From contig CM075990.1 of the NCBI GenBank assembly GCA_038087875.1, positions 4,156,001 through 4,220,000 of the forward strand: a stretch of 64,000 bases of DNA, in the 5' to 3' direction. Source of the stretch: Malacoraja senta. Taxonomy: Eukaryota. Below the pieces are notes generated by a model, which saw only the letters and a list, made by a program, of their open reading frames with translations, was not told the DNA's origin and did no database searches. Both the position numbers and the translations under genes were made by a program. Each line of letters begins with the position of its first letter. Within the stretch, counting starts at the first letter, position 1. This document shows positions 37,726 through 48,181 of the stretch, in pieces.

Positions 37726-38440
37726 TTCATGGCAACTGCTCCAGTAGACCGAGCTAGTGGGCCGACACGACTTTGGACTTTAAATAATGGCGCCCGCATG
37801 TGTAATATTTGCAGAAGATCTCACCGTGCAGTTGCATATGTGACAAATAAAAGACCATTGACTGTCAACATTGAGCAATATCCTCACTTTACTTCCTTGC
37901 ACAATGATCAGTCGGTACGAGAGCCAGACAACCCAAATGTGATCTCCACCACCTCGTTCTTGTGACAATATTGCTTGGCAAATCTTAATTCTACACAATT
38001 GACATGATGGATTTTGGGTGACTAAAATTGTAACATCAAAAGAACCCAGAGGACAGAAAAACTAAGACCCAGAGCAACACCAGGAAGTCACAACTCACTC
38101 ACTGGACCAGAATAAGACTCAGAACATCCCGCTACCCACTGAAAATCCAGGACAATCCCAACACCCCACCCCCCCCAAAGATAGGAGGCCCACTCCACAG
38201 ACCCACCCCCTTTCCTCCCCAAACCCAACTACCCCCTCTCCCAGACAGACAGCCCACCCCCCAACAGCAGATCCAATACCCCACCCCCCTCCCTCCCAAG
38301 ACCCACAGTCCCAGTGCCCGGACTTTTCCCTCATCACCAGACCCGGTGACATACCTCCATCCCTACATCCCATGCCCACCCTACCCGCCATTCCCAGACT
38401 AGGTGCTCCCCAGACCCAGATCCAGATCTCCCTGCCCACC

Positions 38441-38612
38441 AGCCCACCTCCCTCTCCAGACCCAGTGCCCACCTCCCTCTCCAGACCCATTGCCCACCTC
38501 CCTCTCCAGACTCAGTGCCCACCTCCTCTCCAGACCCATTGCCCACCTCCCTCTCCAGACCCAGTGCCCACCTCCCTCTCCAGACCATTGCCCACCTCCA
38601 GACCCATTGCCC
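38441..38612. repeat. ~23-bp C-rich minisatellite (GCCCACCTCCCTCTCCAGACCCA(G/T)T) in WASHC2 intron 1
   Basis: About 7-8 directly visible units. Confidence 0.9.
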
Positions 38613-38845
38613 AGCCTACTTCCCTCCCCACCCACCCACAAGACCCGATGCCCAGACCAATGCCTCGCCAGACCCCCTCTTCCCCCCACCCACCTCCCTC
38701 GGGCCTCACTCACAGCCGATACCCAGACCATTCCCTCCCCGGACCCGGTTCCTCCCTCCGACCCTCCCTGCCCATTCCAGGCCGCGCTGAGCCCCCGGGA
38801 AACCCCCCCCCCCCTCCCTGTCCGCCGGCCGCGGGACAAACCTAC

Positions 38846-38889
38846 CCCGAGGCTCCGCTCGCTCGGCCCCGCCGCTGCACCTGACCGCC
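38846..38889 (-). other. WASHC2: Probable non-coding exon 1 of WASHC2 (5' boundary approximate)
   Basis: GC/CpG-rich segment ending in a minus-strand donor CTCGGG|GTAGGT (GTAGGT at 38845-38840). It lies directly downstream of the E-box/GC-box cluster. The next exon begins with acceptor + ATG. Confidence 0.55.
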
Positions 38890-39227
38890 CACGTGACACA
38901 CGCGCACGTGACCAGACGGCGGGGCGTGTCCTCCTTACGCACGTGACTAGGCGGCGGGGCGTGTCCTCCTTCCACACGTGATGTGGCTGCTGGAGACGTG
39001 TATTTCCCCCGACACGTGACAAGACTGTGGTCCTCCCCCCGACACGTGACGAGACTGTGGTCCTCCCCCCGACACGTGATGAGACTGTGGTCCTCCCCCC
39101 GACACGTGATGAGACTGTGGTCCTCCCCCCGACACGTGATCCGACTGTGGTTCCCAGCCATTCCCCCCCCGACACGTGATCGTGTAGAGGGCGTGTCCTT
39201 CTTCTTGCCCCCGCCCCTCCCCGGAAG
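38890..39227. promoter_or_regulatory. CpG-island promoter of WASHC2 with 10 CACGTG E-boxes, GC boxes and an ETS motif
   Basis: CACGTG at 38890, 38905, 38940, 38975, 39013, 39043, 39073, 39103, 39133 and 39173. GGCGGGGCGTGTC occurs twice, CCCCGCCCC at ~39208, CCGGAAG at 39221. Confidence 0.75.
39005..39150. repeat. 30-bp tandem repeat, ~5 copies (GACACGTGAYGAGACTGTGGTCCTCCCCCC)
   Basis: Units start at 39011, 39041, 39071, 39101 and 39131. Confidence 0.95.
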
Positions 39228-39264
39228 AGCTGCGAGAAGTATCAATGTGCAGAAACAGAGACAC

Positions 39265-39444
39265 GGATTAGGCAATAACACTGAGGTGGAAGAGAAGGAG
39301 GATTTCCTGGAGTGTATTCTAAGCCAATATGTAGAGGAACCAACTAGAGGGCAGTCCATCCTAGACAGGGTATTGTGTAATGAGGAAGGATTAATTAGCA
39401 AGGTAGACACAAAAAGCCCCTTGTGCAACAGTGACCATAATATG
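39265..39444 (+). mobile_element. CR1 endonuclease-domain fragment
   Basis: FLECI.SQYVEEPTRG..ILD.VLCNE...PL..SDHNM, typical of the CR1 APE domain C-terminus. Confidence 0.75.
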
Positions 39445-39999
39445 TTAAAGAAGGAACTGCAGATGCTGGAAAATCGAAGGTACACAAAAATGCTGGAGAA
39501 ACTCAGCGGGTGCAGCAGCATCTATGGAGCGAAGGAAATAGGTAACGTTTCGGGCCGAAACCCTTCTTCAGACTCAGTGCCCACCTCCCTCAGTGACCAT
39601 AATATGGTGGAGAGACACAAATGCTGGAGCAACTCAGCGGGACAGGCAATATCTCATAGAACATAGAAAATAGGTGCAGGAGGGAGGTCATTCGCCCTTC
39701 GAACCAGCACCACCATCATTGTGATCATGGCTGATCGTCCCCTATCAATAACCCGTGCCTGCCTTCTCCCCATATCCTTTGGACTCCACGAGCCCCTAGA
39801 GCTCTATCTAACTCTCTTAAATCCATCCAGTGACTTGGCCTCCACTGTGGCAGGGAATTCCATAAATTCACAACTCTCTGGGTGAAAAGGTTTTTTCTCA
39901 CCTCAGTCTTAAATGACCTCCCCTTTATTCTAAGACTGGCCCCTGGTTCTGGACTCGCCCAACATTGGGAACATTTTTTCTTCATCTAGCTTGTCCAGT

Positions 40000-40538
40000 T
40001 GTGAGAAAGGGGTTAATAGGTATGTTGATTTTAGACAAGAACCCTTTGTATAGTAGGGAGTATAGTAGGGAGGTTAGGGGAGTGAAGGACAAGTACAGAT
40101 GGTGACTTTTTCAAGGATGAGAACAGAGAAGATAGCAACAGCCCAGCCAAGAACTAGGGTAAGGGTCATAAGAAACACTCAGTGCGCATGGGCAATGAAC
40201 TTACATGAATATGTACACACACCCACTATGACAAGATGTCTCATTTAAATGCACATGCGATGCATGATATGGGAGGTGTCTTTGACGTCGGGTGGACGCT
40301 CCAGGGCGTTCTCGTGGGAATGTGGGCTTTATGTTATGATTGGAAGAAGCACAATGGGGAGGGATGAGGGTGTGACAATGATACCCATGAAATGTATAAA
40401 GATGGAAGTCATCCCGATCCTCAGTGTGCCTCTAGGGGACATCAGAGGAGAGGCACCTATTCTGCAGAATATGATTTTGAATAAAAAGCTTCTTTGCTGA
40501 CTTTGTCTCTAAAAGCGTTTGTGATTTTGAATCTCACA
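40000..40538 (+). mobile_element. Solo LTR (Gypsy or class I ERV type)
   Basis: TGTGAGA...TCTCACA inverted termini. 4-bp TSD CAGT (39996-39999, 40539-40542). TATAAA at 40395, AATAAA at 40480. Splits a CR1 fragment. Confidence 0.85.
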
Positions 40539-42132
40539 CAGTCATTTTATAATTTTATATGTTTCTATAAGATTCCCCCTCATCCTTCTAAACTCCAGTG
40601 AATACAAGCCTAGTCTTTTCAATCTTTCCTCATATGACATTTCCCCCATCCCAGGGATCAATCTCGTGAACCTCATGAGAGAAGGAATGGGTGACGTTTC
40701 AGGTCGAGAGATATCGATGGTGAGAGAGATATAGAACATTTTCTCTTTCATGTAAGGTACAATAACAGTATTTAAAGGATACACAATGGCCTGTTTCCTT
40801 TATCATCGTTACATTTTTGCATATCTTTCATTCATTGTTCTTTATCTCTTCACAAAGAGTCTCACCTGACTCTCAGTCTGAAGAAGTGTTGACCAGAATC
40901 GTTTACATGTTCCTTTTCTCCAGAGAAGCTGCCTGTCTATCTCCAGTTCCTTGTTTCTGCTTCATTGCACCCACTTTTCCTCTTCATCTTCCTTTCTATT
41001 CTCACTGTCTAAAACCTCCAGTGCCTGCCTTATAACTTCACAACCATCTCGGGCGATTTCCCCCACCCCTGTCTGGGCAACCTTCCACACCGCCTCTCCC
41101 GCTGGCAGTACAGGTGGAGTCTGTGAGGGATGTTTCAGGTAACCGTCGAATGTGCCTCTTGCCCGAACGTCCCCGAAATGCCAGATCTACGGTAGTTTAA
41201 CACCCCCCATTACCTACAGAAGCCCAGGAGAGCTGGTATCTAATCCCGCAATCTCCAGCTGCCATTCCCTTGAAATTCTCGCTTCTCTCTCTGCCCAAAG
41301 ACCAGGCTTGTCAATAAATGTCAACGCTATTCTCTACCGACCTGTCCCCCCTAAAAGTGTAGGAAGATGGGCGCAAAATGCTGAAGTTTCCTCGATCGAC
41401 GTCTGCTTTGATCTGTGTAGGAAGCAACTGTAGGTGCTGGTTTGAACCCTAAATGGACACAACATGCTGGAGTAACTCAGCAGGACAGGCAGCATCTCTG
41501 GAGAGAAGGAATGGGTGACGTTTCGGGTCGAGACTCCGCTTCAGACCTGTCGTTTTCACACCTTACCCTTCCATATCTATTTGTCTCTCCCCCACTGACT
41601 CTTTGTCTGAAGAAGGGACTCAACCCGAAACGTCACCCATTCCTTCAGAGATGCTGCCTGTGCCGCTGAGTTACTCCAGCATTTTGTGTCTATCAACGGT
41701 GTAAACCAGCATCTGCAGTTCCTCCCAACACGTCCGTTGAGCCATTCTGGCGACAATTTATTGCTTCGGCTCATCTGCTGCCTTCGCCTCTTCATTCAGC
41801 GGCCCACCGAGGGTTAGTGAGGGCAGGGGTCACAGATGAGGGGTCGCCCTGGATAGAGTGCACCCTCCTCTCTTGCACGGTTATAGTGGCATCCAGACAG
41901 GGTCCCCGTCACCTCCCCCATAGCCTAGCTCCTCTCCCCTGGTCCCACACGGGGATAAACACCCATGTGTGAAGAGTGAGTGCAGAGAACAGGAACCCAT
42001 GGACAATATCATCCGGTTTATCCGTCATTGGAGCAGAATGAGGCCATTCGGCCCATCTACTTCCCCATTCTATCTTTCCCCATCAACCCCATTCTCCTGC
42101 CTTCTCCCCATAACCCATGACACCCGTACTAA

Positions 42133-42420
42133 TGGCCCTGTCTCACGGTGCTAGTCCACCCACGAGTGATCCCGAGTTTAAAACAAATCAAACTCGTGGT
42201 AATCATGTAGAATTAACGTAGCGGGAACGTCGGAACTCGTAACGCCAACGGCAGGTACTCGGGAAACTTGTTGACTCGTGAAAATCTTTCAACATGATGA
42301 AAGATTTCCACGAGTCAAATTTACTCATGAAGTAAACATTTTAAACTTTTAAACTCGTTGCAAGAACGTAGTAGCCCGTGAGTTTACCGTAGTGACTCGT
42401 GAGTCTACCGTGGGCACTCT
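42133..42420. mobile_element. Degenerate Harbinger-like MITE
   Basis: Left end GGCCCTGTCTCACGGT, right end ACCGTGGGCAC. Multiple internal ACTCGTG motifs. Confidence 0.5.
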
Positions 42421-42559
42421 TTAACTCAGCGGGACAGGCAGCATCTCTGGAGAGAAGGAATGGGTGACGGGATGACGTTTCCAAAATTCTGCTGCGTCTT
42501 TGTGTTACTCCAGCACTGTGTGTTCACTTTTTGTCCCATTTACGTAATGCTCATAAAAA

Positions 42560-42859
42560 TATTTGTCTCTCTCTTTTTCCTCTTTCTCTTTCTCTTTCTT
42601 TTCTAGGGTCTATTTCTTAACTCTTTTTCTTTTGTTTTTAATTTTGCTCTTATAGGGTCTTCGTCCTTTTTTGCTGTCACATTTTCTACACTTTCACTTT
42701 TTCCTTCACTTTCTTCTTTCTTTCAATCTTTTCCTTTTCTAGTGTAAAAAATAAATGGAGTACATTAATTGTAAGAAGATATAAATGACGAGTACTAATG
42801 TATGCGGTTGTAATGTAATGTACTTCTAATAAATAAAATTTAAAAAAAAAAAAAAAAAA
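42560..42859 (+). mobile_element. L1/Tx1-like 3' UTR with poly(A)
   Basis: T-rich UTR, AATAAA and A-tract. The same terminus occurs reversed at ~29866-29920. Confidence 0.55.
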
Positions 42860-45800
42860 ATTTTTTTTTGTCAACCAGCATCTGCCCTTTCTTGTGTATG
42901 ACATTATTTGTATCCGTGGCAGTTGATTGTCGCTCCCTTCAGTTTCCCAGGGGGTCGGAAAGGGGGGGGAGGGGGGAGATGCTGCCTAGTGACGATCACA
43001 TTTATCCAACAAGTTACGCTCTCATTAAGCCGAAACATCACCAGTTGGTTGGACAAGCATCACCTCTGGAGAGAAGGAATGGGTGACGCATTGGGTCGAG
43101 GCCCTTCAGATATCAAGTATACTCAGTGTACACTCAATGTTTTCTTCAGCAACAGGAGATGCCCTGGATGATTGATCACACTGAGCTGTGCTGCCACCTT
43201 GTATGTTCCACTGGCCATTGCACCCAGCACACAGCACCAGCTTCCACAGTCAGAGACCACCCTCCCACATCCGCGGCACAGCGCCAGGAATGTGGACGGC
43301 ACCACGATGGGTTTTCACAGTTGTCACGGAGACAACATGTGGGACCGAACTCTGCCGGCTGTGGCGGGCTGTTTCAAACAATCACCAGGGTTCAGTATTT
43401 GCATGACGGCACACAAAATCCTGATTTCATGAGGGATCCCACAGTCCGATTCCAATCCTTATCTCACACCTTCTCTCCTTTGTCCAACCATCTGTCTCTC
43501 AAAAATCCACCCTCACCTGTATCCACACATCAGGAAGGGTCTCGACCCGAAACATCACTTATTCCTTTCCTGCAGAGATGAAGTCTGATGTTTAGGACCA
43601 GGGGGAAGGTGTCAAACATTAGAAGGTACAGGTGGCGGATCCAGGATCGGAGCAGCCATTTTGTTTTGGGGGAAGTGGGGGTGCAAATGGCTGCCTCCTT
43701 CTCTCAGTTCTCACCCACTCATGTTACTGGGGTTAACTGGATTGGGGAATCAAGTGGCTGGAGATTGTACCATACTGTGGGAATGGGAGGAGAAATAACG
43801 ACAATGCTTACCCGTGGGGAATGGAGCCTCACCAACCAACCTTAGATGGTGATAACTTAGGTGTTCATAAATTCATTAGTTCTAGGAGCAGAATTAGGCC
43901 ATTTGGCCCATCAAGTCTCTTCCGCAATTCAGTCACGGCTGATCTATCGTTCCCTCTCAACCCCATTCTCTTGCCATCTCCCCATAACCCCTGACACCCG
44001 TACTAATCAAGAAGTTATCAATCTCTGCCTTAAAAATATCGAATGACAGGATTTCTTTTGGCAGAGGGTGGTGAATCTGTGGAATTCATTGCACAGCCGT
44101 CTGTGGCAATGAATTCCACAGATTCACCACCCTCTGCCAAAAGAAATCCTTCCTCGTCGCCTTTCTAAACGTCTTTTTGTCTGAAACTATGACCTGTGGT
44201 CCTGGGCTCTCCCATAAGTGTGATTCCTCAGAATAAGAGATACCTTAAGAAAGGAAATGAGGAGAAAAATCCTCAGCCAGAGGGTGGTGAATCTGTGGAA
44301 TTCATTGCCAGGGACTGCCGTGAGGCCAAGTGCATTTAAAGCGGAGACTGATAGGTCCTTAATTAGTACGGTGAAATGTTATGAAGGCAGGAGAATGGGG
44401 TTGAGAGGGAAAGATAGATCTGGCATGATTGAATGGCAGAGTAGACTCAATGGGCCGAATGGCCTAATCCTGCTCCAATAACTTAGAACATGATTCACCA
44501 GGACAATGGTCCCATCACTTGGTTCAAGGTGAAGCCAATCCCAATGGAACAGCTCTCTTCTTCCTCCTTACTAAGGCCAGTGTCCCATGAATGGAACCCC
44601 ATTCCAGCACACCATGCTCTTAGCCACACGTTCACCTCTCGAAGGGTTCGGCCCGAAATGTTGCCTATTTCCTTCGCTCAATAGATGCTGCCTCACCCGC
44701 TGAGTTTCTCCAGCATTTTTGTCTACCTTCACCTCTCGAAGTCTGTTTCCCCTTTGCCACTTTGGACATGCTCAGCTACTAATCGAAAGTGTCACTTTTG
44801 TGGCTCTGCTCTTCAAGTTTGCCCCATTCTCCTCAGAATCCAAACTCATCTGCAAACTCTTGGCCCTTGGAATCATATGTTTATAAGTTCTGTGAGCAGA
44901 ATTAGGCCATTTGGCCCATCAAGTCTACTCCGCCATTCAATCATGGCTGATCTATCTTTCCCTCTCAACCCCTTTCTCCTGCCGTGTCCTCTGGCAGCTC
45001 GTCCCATGTACCCGCCACCTTGCAGTAGGACAGGAGTGGGATTGCCTTGGGACTCCCCTGGTACATGCAAGGCTCACAATCAAACCCAGCCTGGCACGTG
45101 CCAGAAGCTGCCAGGCCTGCAGGGGGGAGCCGCCGAGCCGCCGGACATGGAGCGAGGCCGGTGGGAGAGGAGAGGGAACCGGGGTCTGACCCACCGCTTC
45201 CTCGAGGTCGGACCCCGGGGAACAAAGATGGACGGGCGAGGAGAGGGACGTGGGTTCGCTGGACGATCCAGACGTCCAAGGGAAGGAGACGGCTGGAGGC
45301 CCTGCAGCAGCCTGGGGCTCGCCTGGATCGGGCCCCCGCTCACAACACCTAGAGCGCGGACTGGACTCTGAAAATGGCGCCAAAACACGGCACCTCTTGC
45401 GTGCAAGAGGTGCCGTGTTTTGCCGCCATTTTCTGAGGACTATTTCTGTGGATCAGTGGACTATTTCTGTACACTTGCTAATCGGGGATTGTGCTTAGAT
45501 ACGGCAATACTTCACTGGACTGTTTGTCGGAGAAGAATTTCCCCAGTGCGTTTGCACACGGGACAATAAAACACTATTGAACAGAAAGGTTGCAAGTTCA
45601 GGAAAAGAATGGCGGACTGGGTCAGACACAGGCCGGGCAGGAGTAGAGACAGGCCCTCACATACCTGTGCTAATGTGGATAGAGGACGGGGTCCCCGCCT
45701 GAACCATCCTCTGCCCATTTCTCTCCACAGATGCTGGCTGACTCACTGAGTAACCCAGCTGTCGACTAGCCGGGGGGGGGGGGGGGGGGTGGTGTGGGAG

Positions 45801-46761
45801 AGAGCGAGAGAGAGAGAGAGAGAGAGATCACACACATGCTGTGAACCAGCTGTGTGGACAAGTCACCCTGTTACATTGAGTGATGGGACATTCTGTTGGG
45901 GTGAATGTATGTGGCCAGTGCCCACAATAACCAGCGTAGCCATGTCCCCAGCTACCACTCCCTCTGTCCACTCTGGGGGACAACCCAGAGGAATAGATCA
46001 GGTAAATGCACATTCGAGCGTAAGGGAATTAAGAAGCAGAGGACACAGGTTTAAGGTGAGGGGGGGGGGGGAGATTTAATAGGAACCTGAAGGACAACTT
46101 TTTCATACAAAGGGTGGTGGTGTATGGAACGAGCTACTGGAGGAGGTAGCTGAGGCAGGGACTATTGCAAGGTTTAAAAAACATTTAGACAGGTACATGG
46201 ATAGGATAGGTTTGGAGGGATGTGGGCCAAACGCAGTCAGGTGGGACTTGTTGGTTGGTGTGGGCAAGTTGGGCCGTTGGGCCTATTTCCACGCTGTATC
46301 ACTCTCTGAGCCCTTAGACAAGCTGTTCTTTGATTCCAGCCCCCAGTGTACAATCCTCTCCCTGGTCGGTGTGAATGAATGGTCCTGCTCCAGAGATCCT
46401 CAGTCTGAGGAGGGGTCTCGACCCAAAACATCACCCATACCTTCTCTCCAGAGATGCTGCCTGTCCTGCTGAATTACTCCAGCATTTTGTGTCTGTCTTC
46501 AGTGTAAACCAGCATCTGCAGTTCCTTCCTACACCCGGAGATTCAGCTGTCATTTAACCTTGGCCCAGAACTACAACAATGTTCTGTTGCATTCTTACTT
46601 TCAATCCTTCCAAATCCCAAAGCCCTGTCTTATAATCACCCCATTATATGGTCTGATCTAATCACAGGGCCATCCGTGCCCTTTCACCAGACACAGGGTC
46701 TCTTCGAGGGTTTACCTCAGAATCCAAACACACAGCTCCTCCGATAACCTGAACCATTGGC

Positions 46762-47605
46762 AAAGTAAGCATGCAGGTACAGCAGGCAATGAAGAAAGCG
46801 AATGGCGGTTTGGCCTTCATAACAAGAGGAGTTGAGTATAGGAGCAAAGAGGTCCTTCTGTAGTTGTACAGGGCCCTAGTGAGACCACACCTGGAGTATT
46901 GTGTGCAGTACTCCTGCACCTATTTTCTTCCTCCTGCACCTATTTTCTATGTTTCTATAGGCACGGGTTATTGATTGTTGACGATCAGCCATGATCACAA
47001 TGAATGGCGGTACTGGCTCGAAGGGCCGAATGGCCTCCTCCTATACCTATTTTCTGTGTTTCTATGTTTCTAAGTTTTGGTCTCCAACTTTGAGGCAGGA
47101 CATTCTTGCTATTCAGGAGTGCAGCGTAGGTTCACGAGGTTAATTCCTGGGATGGCGGGACTGTCATATGCTGAGAGAATGGAGCGGCTGGGCTTGTATA
47201 CTCTGGAATTTAGAAGGATGAGAGGCGATCTTATTGAAACATGTAAGTTATTAAGGGTTTAGACACGCTAGAGGCAGGAAACATGTTCCCGATGTTGGGG
47301 TAATCCAGAACCAGGGGCCACAGTTTAAGAATAAGGGGCAAGCCATTTAGAACGGAGATACTTTTTCACACAGAGAGTTGTGAGTCTGTGGAATTCTCTG
47401 CCTCAGAGGGCGGTGGAGGCCGGTTCTCTGGATGCTTTCAAGAGAGAGTTAGATCGAGCTCTTAAAGATAGTGGAGTCAAGGGATATGGGGAGAAGGCAG
47501 GAACGGGGTACTGATTGGGGATGATCAGCCATGATCACATTGAATGGCGGTGCTGGCTCGAAGGGCCGAATGGCCTACTCCTGCACCTATTGTCTATTGT
47601 CTATC
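46762..47605 (+). mobile_element. CR1-clade LINE 3' fragment with a nested CR1 tail
   Basis: LYRALVRPHLEYCVQ ... GVQRRFTRLIPGM ... 3' UTR. Confidence 0.88.
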
Positions 47606-47689
47606 TATACCTTGCCTACCCAACAGGAGTCAACATGAGTTCATGTGCTCCATTGTATCATTTGCTCATCGCCATCTGCGGTTGTGTTA

Positions 47690-48181
47690 AGGGCCTGTCC
47701 CACTTGGCCGTCATTTGCGCCTCATTTACGCGACATATGTAAAATAGGTCGACGCGATGTGATGTGCGTCGTCGCGCGCAAATCACGCGTCATCACATGT
47801 CAGCACAGCCATGTGACGTCATTAGAATACCCTGCGGCGTGCGGCGGGACGTTGACGCAAGGACGTAAGGACGTTGATGCACGGTGACGTAACAATGCGT
47901 CGCCACGCGATACACATGAGACGTCGGGACGCCAGCATACGACGCCAATGCGTCAGCGTGCTTACCCAACGCGTCAGCATGCATACTCGATACGTCACGG
48001 GTGGCGCGCGAGAACTAAATCCTGGAGCGCCGCGCGATACTGCATACTACCACGCCACCGCATACGATTCCACGCCTCACCATGCCCAACGCATACGCAC
48101 CCCACGCGTCACAACGTGTCAACCTAATTTACATATAATGCGTAAATGAGGCGCAAATGACGGCCAAGTGGGACAGGCCCT
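47690..48181. mobile_element. PIF/Harbinger-like MITE
   Basis: Long TIRs AGGGCCTGTCCCACTTGGCCGTCATTTGCGCCTCATTTACGC. TTA on both sides. CpG-rich, so probably young. Confidence 0.85.

Noticed and set aside
39005..39150. CRISPR-like array
   Set aside because: Contiguous near-identical 30-mers with no unique spacers, in vertebrate DNA.
38372..39666. Long overlapping ORFs (170-271 aa) on both strands
   Set aside because: Produced by GC-rich promoter sequence and tandem repeats plus CR1/Penelope fragments. No coherent protein.
41010..41410. Unique-looking segment upstream of WASHC2
   Set aside because: No repeats, termini, strong helices or recognisable coding motif found by eye.
43126..43581. 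Possible exon/ORFs in unique sequence
   Set aside because: Several frames open but no recognisable protein and no convincing donor.
44685..45371. 228-aa ORF
   Set aside because: Runs through three unrelated repeat fragments.
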